64,000 nucleotides of DNA from Selaginella moellendorffii. Taxonomy: Eukaryota > Plantae > Lycopodiophyta. The stretch covers positions 1,418,981 to 1,482,980 of the forward strand of contig NW_003314301.1 in assembly GCF_000143415.4 (NCBI RefSeq). The letters run 5' to 3'. The notes beneath the pieces were generated by a model that made no database searches, had not been told where the DNA came from, and worked only from the letters and a program-made list of their open reading frames with translations. The position numbers were made by a program, and so were the translations under genes. Positions 1 through 13,148 of the stretch are shown piece after piece. Positions within the stretch are counted from its first letter, which is position 1. Each line of letters starts with the position of its first letter.

Positions 1-223
1 TTGTGTAGATCAACTATTCTATGTGAGGCAGTTAGTCATCCACCCGTACCACAGTCCCACGGTAGATACCTTCGTCCATGGATACTTCACACAAGAGGAA
101 AGACATACATATAGATGCCCAATACATACGATTTCAAATTTAGGGGTAAGAATATACCTTGCTCAAGGGTATATTATATTTTAAGTAGCCATTAATGAAT
201 GGGAATTGAACTTGTACCATTTT

Positions 224-246
224 CTTTGATACCAACTGTAGCGCAC
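224..246 (-). mobile_element. tRNA-Met(i) primer-binding site plus adjacent LTR terminus of a minus-strand LTR retroelement (extent not resolved)
   Basis: ctttgatacca at 224-234 is the reverse complement of tggtatcaaag. It is followed 2 nt later by tgtagcgcac, the reverse complement of gtgcgctaca, the same LTR end seen at 3518-3527. Confidence 0.55.
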
Positions 247-1546
247 TTTATCTCTCTCCCCTTAAGCTAACTGAAAAAGGGGCAATTGCTTGATGAGAGA
301 GCCTTTAGTGGCAATTTTATCCCCATTTATTCCCCAAGGTTCCAAGGATCCACAATGATAGTATATTTAGATCTTATCCCATGATCACATGTGCTACACT
401 CCTAATATCTTAAGGGATGAGTCCTTGAAGTTAAGTTGGTTGGTTCGTAAAAACCTTTTGCTAAAAGAATCTTAATAAAAACAAGATTAATATAGCATAA
501 AATGGAAAGCATGCAATTCAAGTGTGTGGACCCAAATAATGAAGGAGGTGTGGAAGAACCAACAATGAGTTGTAGAATTTGATAATTATGAAGCAATTAA
601 GCAAAATGTATAGCATAATTAATTGGATTGGTAGAAGTTAACTTCCCAAGACTTTTTATTGGGATAAAAAGGTTAGATATATCCTGTGTGGGATAAATTG
701 TTTATGTTTATGATGTAGTGAGTCAATGTCATAAAGGGAAATATTCATTGTTAAAGAAAGCCATCATTGGGACACTCAAACATTCTAAAACACTAGGAAA
801 TGGTGTTTAATAGCCTTTGCTATGGAATCGACAAAATACCTTAAGAATGGAGGTAGTGATCTTATATTACTTGGTGCAATAATCAAAGGATATGAACAAA
901 AAACTAATGGCCAAGAATGAGTCATGGAAATCATTGGAAGGAAATATATTTCCAATGATGGATTCCTAAATGCTCCAATTTGGTGAAAGTGAAAACTCCA
1001 AGGGAGGGAGTGGCAAGGTAGCCAAAGATAAAGCTATGAATAACCCTAATACAAATTATGAATATATGGAATTTAGTGCCAAGTGCAACATGAAATAGAA
1101 GAGAAGATGATGGTGCCTTCAAATAAAGAACTTCCTAAGATGAAGATGTGGAGTTTGCACGATATGTGTAATACAAGGTGTTAGAGACACCCAAGAAATT
1201 GACTTGAGAAGTTATAATAAAAGTTTTAAAGTGCAATATTTATGTTGATAAAAGCCAAAACTATTCGGGAAAGAGTAGTGTGATTAAGAGAAGGTGTCTC
1301 TAATAGGTTTAACAAGGACTAAACCAATAAAGAGAGAGAACCACTATAAGTGGTCAACCAAGTCTTTAAATTGGAGAGACTATACTCCTTAGAGGATAAG
1401 AAAGGCATGATGAGCCTTCGGTGTTGAACCATCGACAAATATTCACTTGGTGTTAAGGATGGAAAAGTTAATACATGTTGGTGTTGCTTTATAAAATGGT
1501 TTATTGTTTGATGAGGACATTGAACTTCATCTATAGGTGATGGAGT

Positions 1547-3076
1547 TGTGAGACACAAATCCCTAAGCCCCAAAGTGGAACAGAAAAAGTGCTATATAGT
1601 AGTGGTTGAAGTGGAAGTCTAACAAGTGTAATACTTAGAAAGTCAAGAGTGGGAGTGGAACTCTAAACAAAGTGCTTGAGAGGAGTACGAAGCAATTGGT
1701 AAATGAGTCTTTAAAATGTGACACAAAAGGACAGATATATGGCAAGTGTCATGACACATGGAAGTGTTAAAAACAAGTCCAAGAAGGAGTCTGAGAAAGA
1801 GTCCGAGATGAAGTTCGATATGGACCTAAGATGGACCCGAGATGAAGCCTGAGATGGAGTTCGAGATGGACCCAAGATGGAGACTGAGATGGACCTGAGA
1901 TGGAGTCTAAGATGGACCCAAGATGGGTTCGAGGTGGAGCCTGAGATGGACATGAGATGAAGTCCAATGTTGTGGCTAAGGCCAATACCGAGACCAAGAC
2001 CAAGACTGAGACTGAGACCGAGACCAAGACTAAGACCGAGTCCGAGTCTGAGACTAAGTCCAAGACTGAGACTGAGTCTGAGTCTGAGTCCGAGTCTGAG
2101 GGTGAAAGCCCAAAGTGTTCATCTCCCAGACCCTTGGGGGTTTGGTGAGCTCCAAAAGTATAGTAGCAGAAGGACTCTAGTGGAGCTAATTTGGCCAAGA
2201 AAGGCTAGTGTGACTAAAGAAGGTTATAACAACTTTTTGGGTGATGATATATCTACTAAAAAGTCCAAGGCTAGAGTGAATATCTATAAACAAGTAAGGT
2301 AACTTAGTGAAGTGTTCAAGAGCTAACTCTAACTCCCCCAGAAGATCGAAATGGTCAATGCTCCCAATTTAGGTATGGGTGGCATTACTTACTTGGATAC
2401 TTGGCATAATTTATTGGAACCTCACTCTAGCCACATGGCTAGGGCACCCAAAGACGGAAGGTGGGGAAAGTACCTATGAGGCTTGCATGGGGCCATAATG
2501 TTTCAAAATGTTGTCCCAAAGTCCCAAACTGTGACAAGGAAAAAAAACAATCCTCTAGTGTAGAGACTAAGGATATGGGCATATGGTGAGGAAGTCTCAG
2601 ATGTCAATGGAACATAATGGTCGGGCTTGTGAGCCTTGACCCAGTGGCAGTGTTGGTGAATATGGCCATAGACGGAAAAGGACTTAGTAGGGACCGAAAA
2701 AGGGATATTGGGGAAGGTTGTTCTCTATGTCTGTAGACATCCTAAGGATGCAAATGAGTAGATCTAAGATGATCACTCATGGACGGATGGCCCAATCTTT
2801 GAGAGATAGAACTATGATGTAAGTGGTGTTAGATCACCAGTGGGATAAAGGTGAATGAGCATGGCCTTAGTGTAATGGGTTGATATATCGATGGTACCTT
2901 AGACACATGGAGCACTTAGACCAAGTGCAAAGGTTAAATTGCATTAATGTTATTTCTGGGGCTAACAAGTCCCCAAGTCTGGAATAGAACTTATGGAGGT
3001 TGTGAGTGAGACTCTTCCAAGTGGTCGGAGTTGCGGTTAAATGATTAAAGTAAAATGAAAAATTTAGTCGCTTACA
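1547..3076 (+). mobile_element. LTR family A, copy 1 (~1.5 kb, TG...CA), solo or orphan LTR
   Basis: Starts tgtgagacacaaatccc and ends aatttagtcgcttaca. Colinear with 21804-23288 and with the split copy 37043-37600 / 30632-31192. The flanks (ggagt / aatgt) are not a matching TSD. Confidence 0.75.
1795..2100. repeat. Minisatellite inside LTR family A: 11-bp GAGATGGA(CCC/GTC)-type units followed by 6-bp GAGACC/GAGTCT units
   Basis: Directly visible tandem units; the same array recurs at ~21970-22295 and ~37270-37380. Confidence 0.9.
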
Positions 3077-3332
3077 AATGTGTCTTGATTTTCCCTCGTC
3101 TTAGGTATGGCTGAAGATCTAATAGCAAGTGATGTTGCAATGGCGATAGTGAGATATCAAGAAAGAGAGTTATCATTAGAAATGGAGCTAATAGAGAAAG
3201 GATCCTTATGTGCTTTTTTTGGGCTTCATTTTGATTAGGTTAGAATGTTATAAAGGGCTTAAGATGGGGTCACTTTGGGTTATAGTAACAGAGATTTCTT
3301 TAAATGGGAAAATGTATTTTGCACCAAATTTG

Positions 3333-3394
3333 TGTATGACATAACCCAAGAGTGGAGCCAAAAAGGTGTCATGTGGTAGTGGCCGAAGCAGAAA
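3333..3394 (+). mobile_element. 5' fragment of LTR family A copy 2 (continues at 21804)
   Basis: agtggagccaaaaaggtgtcatgtggtagtggccgaagcagaa matches 37071-37113. The sequence following this point in copy 3 (gaagccaaac) resumes at 21804. Confidence 0.55.
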
Positions 3395-6300
3395 TCGGGT
3401 TCCGCACCATTTTCCTTTGGACATGTGGCATATGTCACATGGCATAAAGAGGGTTTAGGTTCCACTTCGTGGTGTTATCCTATAGTAAATCACCATAGGG
3501 TAAAAGGTCAAAACCACGTGCGCTACATTTGGTATCAAAGGATGAGTCTCAGCAAGTACTATACAATGAGATTGGGCAACTAGTCTCATTGCATACGGAG
3601 AAATGAAAACGATGATTCGAGTGGGTACACGTTTGGGTGCAAAAGCTTCGCAATCGTTCCTTGGGTATGGGTTTGGTTACCTTGTTGTACCTTATGATGT
3701 GAGCTTGTTCTTGGGCTCATAAGATGGATTGAGATGTTCTGTTTGCATGAGTTTACGCTTGGGCTCGTGAGTGAGGCATATTAGCAACTCAAGGTTACGC
3801 TTTGGTTTGGCAAGATTAATGTTAACCTATTGGTGGTTCCATGAGTTGTTCCACTGGTTCCATGAGTTGTTCTATGTACCTTGGGTGAAAGTAAACCTTC
3901 CCTGGGTTTGTTGTGAGTGGCAAATATGCTAGTCTGTAGCTATTTAGCACGGCACTAGTAAATCCTTCCTAGGCATGATTACAAGTGGATCAACTAAGAC
4001 TATAGGGATTAGTCTATTGGTTCAAGTAGACATTGCTGTGCTCTCTCACAAACTTTTCTTGGATTGGAGTGAAGGCAGTGTGAAAGCAAGCTTAAAGTTT
4101 AGTCAAAGATGAGACCGAAAAGAGAGTCATCAAGGACGAAGGATCAAGCACGTAAATCATCTTCTCTCTTGGAGAAATGATTTGCAACAAAGTGTGACTC
4201 ATTGCTCGTGTTCACATTAAGCAATCAAGAGTCCTTACCTTGATACATGTTGGAAATGATGGTCTTACAAATGGTGAGTTGTGGGATGGATAATGGTGAA
4301 GTGCTAAACCATTTTGTCTAGGCTTGCTATTGGAAGACTTGGGTTGCAATGCTCAATTCTTTTCCGGGGAACCTTGCTATTGCTCCTTGAGTAGCTTAGT
4401 GTCGGATTAATTTTGAGTTTGGTCGGAAAGAGTGCCATGAGCTTGTTCGTGTTGTGAACAAAAGTTAGTGGTGTTGAGTGTTATAAATCGCTATTGGTGG
4501 AGTGTGGCATTTATGTTACATTTTGTCAAATCGAGTTGACACTTGATACTCACATAAACCTTTGTAGTAGTGACATAGGCATTGCTCATATTGTTGCTTG
4601 ATTGATGATCAAGTCATTGTGATATTGATATCATATCCATGTGATAATGAGTAATGTGTTTACAAAGTTGCTTGATCAAACGATGATCAACCCCAAAGTG
4701 GTTGATGGTGAAGCTAGTCTACTTGCACATAGTAGCATTGTAGTAGCTTCGACTGGATTCTCAATGGTGATTCATTATGGTACGCTTAAGTTGGTATCTT
4801 GTTGCTGTGAAAGTTTGCCCATAAGGTGTTGGAAAGGGTTAAATATTCACTTGCTATGGTTTGTTGGTTTATCCGCTAACACTTGGAGTAGATTGTTGGA
4901 TGGAGAAAATGTGTAGTTAAGGCATTGACATCACTAGTGGAAGTGATATTGTTAATTCGAGTGATGAGGAATTCTCCTTAAACCTTGATTTTCCATGTTA
5001 TTTTTCTTGTTAATGTTTTAGTTTCACATTGGATTTTGAAGATGGTTGAAGAAAAGTGTTATTGCAATGTGGATATCTGAAGATATGGTCTTCGTGATTA
5101 AGCCTTGGATGTTTATTTTGCACTTTGTGGATATTGGTGTTGGATGTTTGAGGCTTAAGCATACTATGGGTCATGAGAATTTGTGTTAAGGTGAACCTAT
5201 ATGAAGTTATAGGTAGGAGGAAGTTGGTTGGGTTTTGAAAGTTTGCATTCTTGGACTGAGAGTTATTCTTTCTCTAGGATGGAAAATTTTCCACAAATTT
5301 TCTTAAACTTTTCCAATGGCTGATCTATTATCACTTTACTCGAAAACCATTCCATTTTTGTAAGCCAATACAAACTAGTGAAGGGGTTGGAATTGACTTC
5401 GGTTGGCTTAAACCTTAGTAAGTAGTTTGTATGATATGACTCGAAAGGGATGCTAACTTTTGGAGTTAAGGCAATTGAGTTGGATAGAGTCTGGAATTGG
5501 AAAAAAGTGGTTGTTATGCTTTTCTAGAAAAGTGACCCTTATGCCTTTCTTCTGTAGTGTTATGCTTGGTGATAAGTTGCACTTTGCATTTCGTTAAACT
5601 CTATGAGAGTAGGGAACTCTCACTGATCTTGACTTAGTCTTGGTACCTCTATGCCTTGGTTGAGGATGGTGATGTCCAACTTAGTTGTTTAAGGTTGAGA
5701 TGTTAGTGTTTGTACTATAGCTTTGTTTATGAAGAGGTTGTGTACCAATATAAATCCATCTCGTGGTCTTCACTTTAGTTTCGACTGAGTGTTGATCATG
5801 TATAGCTAGCCTCTTCAAAGCATGCTCGCAGCTATTGACTAGATGTGTTGGTGAGCTTATTACGGTTGAGTTGAATTCAAGTAGTCATTTAGTTCATGCT
5901 TGTTCATGAACCTTTATCTCATGTCTGGGGTATTATGTTCATGTTGGACAAGTATGTGACTCGATGACATGAGTTTAATGTTGGGTCTTGTGAAAGCAAG
6001 TTAAAGAGCGATTGTTGGTTGCTTTGCAACTAGTGATTACTTGTAAACTTAGTCGAGGATTGTTGACACTTGCTTCACTCGATGAAGATTTATCAGTGAT
6101 GGGTTTACTTTACCGAATGGTGTTGCGAAGGATCATGTCATTAGACTTACATGGGTTTTCCATGTTAGCATATCAACTTTACCTTTATGGATATCATTTA
6201 GTTGCGTTTAGTTTGTAGTGTTAGATTTCATTGAGTCTTGGACGTGGTGATTCACTCCTTGGTGATGTGTTATCTGAAACTGAGTATTGTTGAAGAACTA

Positions 6301-9300
6301 GTCTTGGATACTGACTAAGGTATCTTTGACTTTGGTTAGCTTGGTTACTAAAGAGTTTTGAGTGGTGATTCACTCTTGCTTTCTTCTAGCTTGTTTTAGT
6401 GTTGATGGCATTGAAGTGATGCCTTGCCGTTGACATTGTTGATGTTAAAATTCAAGTGAAATGAAATGTCTCTCCGAAAGATTGATGTCAAGTTTCATTA
6501 GTCTTGATGAAGATAGTGTTGATGATTTGGCTTTGGCTTTATGTTGTTGGCATTGGTGCATTTGCTAGTTAGTAACTATATTGACGTTCAAATGAATTGA
6601 GTGGCAAGTTTGAGTTAATTGCATTCTAGACGAGATTATTTAGTAGGGGTTGAGCTTTGACTTTTCCTTGAAAAGTGATTCAATCATGGACTATGCTAGC
6701 TTTACGAGATGAAAAGTTAATGATCGATATTGAAGTGATTGAATCCTTATTGGATTTCAGTTGGGATATATCAATCATTGATGATTCTTCTTGTACTTGT
6801 TATGAAGTGAATTACGTCTTGCTATAGATGGATTCATGGAGGATTGTTTAGTGATCACTTGTTGAGCATAGCTTTGTTATGCTTAGCTTTTGGATTAATG
6901 CAGATATACCATTCATTAGCTTTGCATCATAAAGTTTAACTTCTGAAAGTGTTGAGGAGGATGTTGTGGGTTATACCATGATTTCTTCTTTAGCATTGAA
7001 GTTAGTTTATGCAAGACTTGTGATCATTGTTAGGCAAGACTTAACTATAGATTTCTTTGAGCTTTTGGTTCCTTGAGTTTTCATGCTCATTGTTCCATTT
7101 GTTAGAAGTTGTTGGGGAAAGGCATTTTGGCTCATTAACTTCGATGAAGTTCGTATTTGCATCTAGCAATAATTAGTGATGCTTCACTGTCATCTAGGAT
7201 AGTTGATTATCCTCGTTAAAAGGTTTTGCTTGATTGTTGTTGATATACAATGATTCACTATTCTTCGGATAGTGGATTCTTTCTTCAACAATGATTATGC
7301 AACTCTTTCTTGATAGGATGATTGATGATCTTTTATGATAGTTAGTTGTTTTCTTTGATGGCTTATGGCTTTTTGCAATACCACATATTCTTTATGGTTT
7401 GCTTTGGATTGGTCTCTTGGGTTTGAGATATCGGTAAGATGTTGCTGATGTTTGCTTGAGCAACTCTAGTTCCTTGGTATTCTTGACTGGGATCTATTCA
7501 GATTAGCTAGTGTGATAGTTGGCAAGAATGAGTGTTTGTTGGTCTTACGACATTTATTCTCTTCTGTTGATTGTTGCTTAAGTTAGTTTTGATAGATTTG
7601 AATGTTATTTCCTTTGGGTGATACATTCGCGAGCGTTTTGTTTGTCAGTCAATGATACTTTATATTCTTTGAGTTATCTTTAGTAAGTTGTTTAGCATAC
7701 TATTCGGTAGTTAGGGTTTATCATTGAGTTTCTTTGATGATATACTGGTTATTGAATTTTATTGGATGGTGAATCCTGTGTTTACCAATTATGATGATCT
7801 TGGTGGTTCCTATACTATAATACTGGTTTATCGGATGATAACTTACTTGGAATACTTTTGTGTTCTAATGTAATATATATTTGTTGATAATTAAGTCTCT
7901 CAAATATCATTGTCTTTGACTTTGATATTGGCCATTTATTGATCTTTGAGTTTGGGCCAGTATAGGCAGACTGGTTTTGGCACTTCATGTGCATATTGAA
8001 ATCTTTAGTCATGGGTTGCTACTGTCAACTGGTCACATAACCCACCTTTCTATCGATGTTCCTTATTCCATTAAAAGGGCGTGACCATGTAAACAACTCT
8101 AACTGTCTGTTTACAGTAGTGTATCTAAACCTTACTGACAGGTTTGGTTTCTTTGCTTAGGAGGGTTGGGGCCTTTGGCTTCTCTCTCTATGCCACCTAC
8201 AGATAGGGGCATATCACACTTTTGTAAGCTGGGTGACAACCAAAGCAGCAAGGGTGGCTAACTCTGTTGATCATTTCCTTGTTAGCGATGGCCAAAAGGT
8301 GTCTGAGTTGGTAGCGCATCCACGTTAGACAAAGAGGTTACTCCTAACTCATTTAAGTTGGTGCATTTCTCACATAGTGTGAGTACTGTGAACTTTTTCT
8401 GGAGTTGTTTCCTTGGCGGTATTCTAGACTGGAGTATGCATCGATGAGGACGTCAATCTTCCCTAGGGGGGGAAAGTGTCGCGAATGTGACTTCAGGTAT
8501 CGAAAGTTACCTATTGGCTAGTCCTTACAGACACTCTTTCTTTACTGCCACGATAGCAGGAAGTTGGTATTGCCGGTTCCTTTTATTAGCCCCTCTTGTT
8601 CAAGTGTTAGTTTACTAGGCTTAGCATCTGTACTTAGCCAAATGGACATAAGGTAAGAACTCCTATGTGTTTGTAGTTGAGCATACTCAGCCTGGCTCTT
8701 AGTTCTCTTTTGCTCTGTCTTGCATTGGCTTGGCAAGAACCCTTATGTACTGAGACTAGTCCCTCAATATTGCTGGATGATAGCTTACCGTGTCTGCCAA
8801 ACACCTTCACTATCACGCTTTTTGTGTTAGTCTCATTTTGGTCCCAAATGCTATTTATGGAAAGTGTCTAGATTTGCTCATTTATCATATCTACGGAATG
8901 TAGAGATCAGCCTGAACACAATGGTGTTCGTCCCGTATCCAAATTCGCAATCTAGGGATATTCCATATTTAATAAGTTTCGGCTTCATTCTCCTAAAAAC
9001 TTCTTTATGCTATTTGGGATGAGTTTTTGTACTCTCCTTCAAGCTTGTCCCAGAAACTAACTCCTGATACTAAGGGAGGCTTGGGGTGAAAGCCCAAAGC
9101 ATGTGTTCCTCAAGGGGGGGGGGGCTATAGATTCCAAATGTATAGTAGGGATAGTGGGTAGGTCGAGCATGGCTGACCAATCTGAGGCATAGTCTAGTTC
9201 CCGCTTGTATGCCTGTCCTTGTTCTGCGTCCGGCTTGGGTCTAAGCCCAAGTTCCATTCCATGTTAGTTGGTGGAGTACTCATGTCCTTGCGTTAGGCCA

Positions 9301-9690
9301 CCAGTATGCCGAAATTGTGCCAGACTCCGTTTGGCTCCGTTTTACGTGCTGATCCTGGCATTGGGATGCTGGTTACTCTAGGACTGTTCCAAGTTGCTTC
9401 AGGCTCCTGCCCTTCGCTCCTTGGGCTGTATGCTCGGGAGTTGCTTCATGGTTCAGTTTCGTTGCTCCTAAGCTCCATGCTTAGGAGTTTGGCACCGTTC
9501 CTTTGTTCAATGGCCCAAGGCCGTGAACCTTGGGTTCTGCACCACTGTCCTTTGGACATGTGGCATATAACACGTGGCATGTGTCACGTGGCATAAAGAG
9601 GGTTTAGGTTCTGCTTCATGGTGTTATCCTATGGTAAATCACCATAGGGTAAAGGGTCAAAACCACATGCGTTACATTTGGTATCAGAGG
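3395..9690 (+). mobile_element. Non-autonomous LTR element family B, unit 1 (LARD-like): truncated 5' LTR 3395-3527, PBS 3530-3540, ~4.9-kb non-coding interior, PPT ~8465-8476, 1200-bp LTR 8477-9676, second PBS 9679-9689
   Basis: LTR end ...ggtcaaaaccac(g/a)tgcg(c/t)taca followed by tttggtatca(a/g)ag at both 3527 and 9676. PPT agggggggaaag precedes tgtcgcgaatg. No long ORF in the interior. Confidence 0.8.
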
Positions 9691-12600
9691 ATTGGCCGAC
9701 AAATAAGTTTCGATACCCAAAGTCACATTCACGACACATTCCCCCCCTAGGGAAGATCAATGTCCTAGTTGATGCATAGGAAATAACTCAAGAAAAAAAA
9801 GTTCACGGTATTCACACTATGTGAGAAATGCACCGACTTAAATGAGTTAAGGGTAACCTCTTTGTGTAATGCGGATGCGCTACCAGCTCAAACACCTTCC
9901 AGCCGTTGCTGACAAGGAAATGACCAATAGAGTCAGCCACCCTTGTTGCTCTATGTGTCACCCAACTTACAAAAGTGTGATATGCCCCTGCCCACAGGTG
10001 ACATAGAGAGAGAAGCTAGAGGCCCCAACCATCTTGAGTAAAGAAACCAAACCCGTCGGTAAGGTTTAGATACATTACTGTAAATAGGCAGTTAGAGTTG
10101 TTTACATGGTCATGCCCTTTTAACGGAATAAGGAATATCGACAAAGAGGCGGGTGATGTGACCAATTGACAGTAGTTACCCCATGACTAGAGATTTCACC
10201 ATGCACACGAAGTGCCAAAGCCAGTCTGCTTATACTGGCCCAAACTCAAAGTTCAATAGATGGACAATATCAAAGTCAAAGACAATGATATCTTAGAGAC
10301 TTAATTATTAGTGAATATATCTTAAATTAGAACACAAAAGTATTCCAAGTAAGTTATCATCCGATAAACTAGTAATAGAAGATAGGAACCACTAAGATCA
10401 TCATGTGTGGAAAACATAGAAGTCACCATCCAGCAAAATGCAATAGTCAACGTATCATCAAGAAAACTCAATGATAAAATTTAACTATCAAATATTGCAG
10501 ATAGAATGCCAAACAACTTACAAAAGATAACTCAAAGAACACAAAGTATCATTGATTAGCAAACAAAATGCTCGCGAATGTATTACCCAAAGGAAATAAC
10601 ATCCGAATCTATCAAACCTAACTCAAACAACAATCAACAGAATAGAATGAATGTAGTAAGACCAACAAACACTCGTTCATGCTAACTATCACATTAGTCA
10701 ATCTGAATAGATCTCAGTCAACAATACAAAAGAATGTAAGTTGTTTAAGCAAGTGTCAGCAACATCCTACTGATGTTTTAAACCCAAGAAACCAATTCAA
10801 GGTAAACCACAATTAACATGTGGTATTGCAAAAAGGCATAAACCATCAAAGAGAACAATGAACTATCATGAAAGATCATAATCATTTTATCAATAAAGAG
10901 ATGCATAATCATCATTGAAGAAAGAATCTACCATCCTAAAGAATGACAAATTATTTTATATCAATAATAATCAAGCAAAACCTTTGACAAGGATAATCAA
11001 CCATTCTAGATGATAGTCAATCATCATTAATGATTGCTAGATGCAAATACTAACTTCAACATTGAAATTAATGAGCCAAAATGCCTTCCCCTAACAACTT
11101 CTAACAAATGAACCACAAGCATGAAAACTCAAGGAACTAAAAGCTTGAAGAAGTCTATAGCCAAGTCTTGCTTAACAACGATCACAAGTCTTGCATGAAC
11201 TAACTTCAATGCTAAAGAAGAAATCATGATACAACCCATAATATCCTCCTCAACATATCCATAAGCTAAACTTCATAATGCAAAGCTGATGAAGAGCATA
11301 TCTGCATCAATCCAAAAGCTAAACTTCATAATGCAAAGCTAATGAAGAGCATATCTGCATCAATCCAAAAGCTAAGCATAACAAAGCTATGCTCAACAAG
11401 TGATCATCTAATCGATCTTCCATGAATTCATCTATAGCAAGACGTATCTCACTTCATAACAAGTACAAGAAAAATCATCAATTATCAATTCAAATCCAAC
11501 AAGGACTCAAATATTCCAATATCAATCACTAACTCTTCCTCTTGTAGAGTTAATATAGTTCATAACTAAATCACTTTTCAAGGAAAAGTTCAAAACTCAC
11601 CTTGACTAAGCAATCTCATCTAGAACACAACTAACTCAAACTTGCTACTCAACTCGTTTGAACGTCAATATAGTTGCAAACTAGCAAATGCACGAATGCT
11701 AATAACACAAAGCCATAGCCAAATCATCAACACTATCTTCATCAAGATTAATGAAACTCAATATCAATCCTAAGGAAAAACCTCTCATCTCACTTAAATC
11801 TTAACATCAATAATGTCAATGACAAGGCATTACTTCAATGCCAACAGCACTAGAACAAAGCTAAAAGAAAGCTAGAGTGAATCACCACTCAAAGCTCTTT
11901 AGCAACCAAGCTAACCAAAGTCGAAAATACTTTAGTCAGTATCCAAGACCAATCCTTCAATAATACTCAGCTATAGATAACACATCATCAAGGAGTGAAT
12001 CACCACGTCCAAGACTCAATGAAATCCAATACCACAAACTAAATGCAACCAAATGATATCGACGAAGGTAGAGTCAATATACCAATATGGAAAAACCATA
12101 TAAGTCTAACGATACGATCCTCCACAATACCATCTGGTAAAGCAAGCCTATCATTGCTAAATCATCATCGAGTGAAGCAAGTGTTAATAGTCCTTGATGA
12201 AGTCTACAAGTAATCACTAGTCGCAAAACAATTGACAATCACTTTTCAACTTGCCTTCACAAGACCCAAACACTAAACTTTTGCCATGGAGTCATATACT
12301 TGTCCAACATGAACATAATATCCTAGACACGATATAAAGATTCATGGACAAGCATAAACTAAATAACCACTCGAATCCAACTCAACTGCAATATATTCAC
12401 TAACACATCTAGTCAATAGCTCTGAGCATGCCTTGAAGAGGCTAGCTATGCATAATCAACACTTAGTCGAAACTAAAATGAAGACCATAAGATGGATCCA
12501 TAGCAGTACACAACCTCCTTATAGACAAAACTATAGTACGGGTACTAACATCTCAACTTTAAATAACTAAGTTTGGACATCACTATCCTTAGCCAAGGCG

Positions 12601-13048
12601 CAAGGCCACCAAGACCAAATCAAGATCAATGAGAGCTTATTACTCTCATAGAGTTTTAATGAAATCCAAGGTGCAACCTACCACCAAACATAGTGCTAAG
12701 AGAAAGGCACAAGGATCACTTTTCTAGAAAAATGCAATAGCCACTTTTCTATACCAACTCTAGATTTTATCTAACTCAATTGCCTTAGCTCCAAAAGTCA
12801 ACATCTCTTTCGGGTCGCATTATACAAACTACCTACCAAAGTCTAAGCTAACCAAAGTCAACTCCAACCCTTTCATTAGTTTGTACTGGCTTATGAAAAC
12901 ATAAAGGTTTTCGGACAAAATGATCAACAGATCAATCATTGGAAAAGCCTAAGAAATTTTATGAAAAATTTTCCATCCTAGAGAAAGAATGACTCTCAAT
13001 TCAGGATACAACTTTCAGACTCAACCAACTTCCTCCTACTAACAACTT

Positions 13049-13148
13049 NNNNNNNNNNNNNNNNNNNNNNNNNNNNNNNNNNNNNNNNNNNNNNNNNNNN
13101 NNNNNNNNNNNNNNNNNNNNNNNNNNNNNNNNNNNNNNNNNNNNNNNN
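13049..13148. other. Assembly gap (N run)
   Basis: Run of N. Confidence 1.

Noticed and set aside
1711-2302. ORFs with SDSDSD / TETKTK / RPRLRL repeats resembling adhesin-like proteins
   Set aside because: They are translations of the LTR-internal minisatellite, open in several frames on both strands.
9112-9124. Poly-G as the PPT defining a ~550-bp LTR and a circularly permuted element
   Set aside because: The true LTR starts at 8477 (TG after a PPT, and the matching terminus is at 21803); the G-run is LTR-internal.
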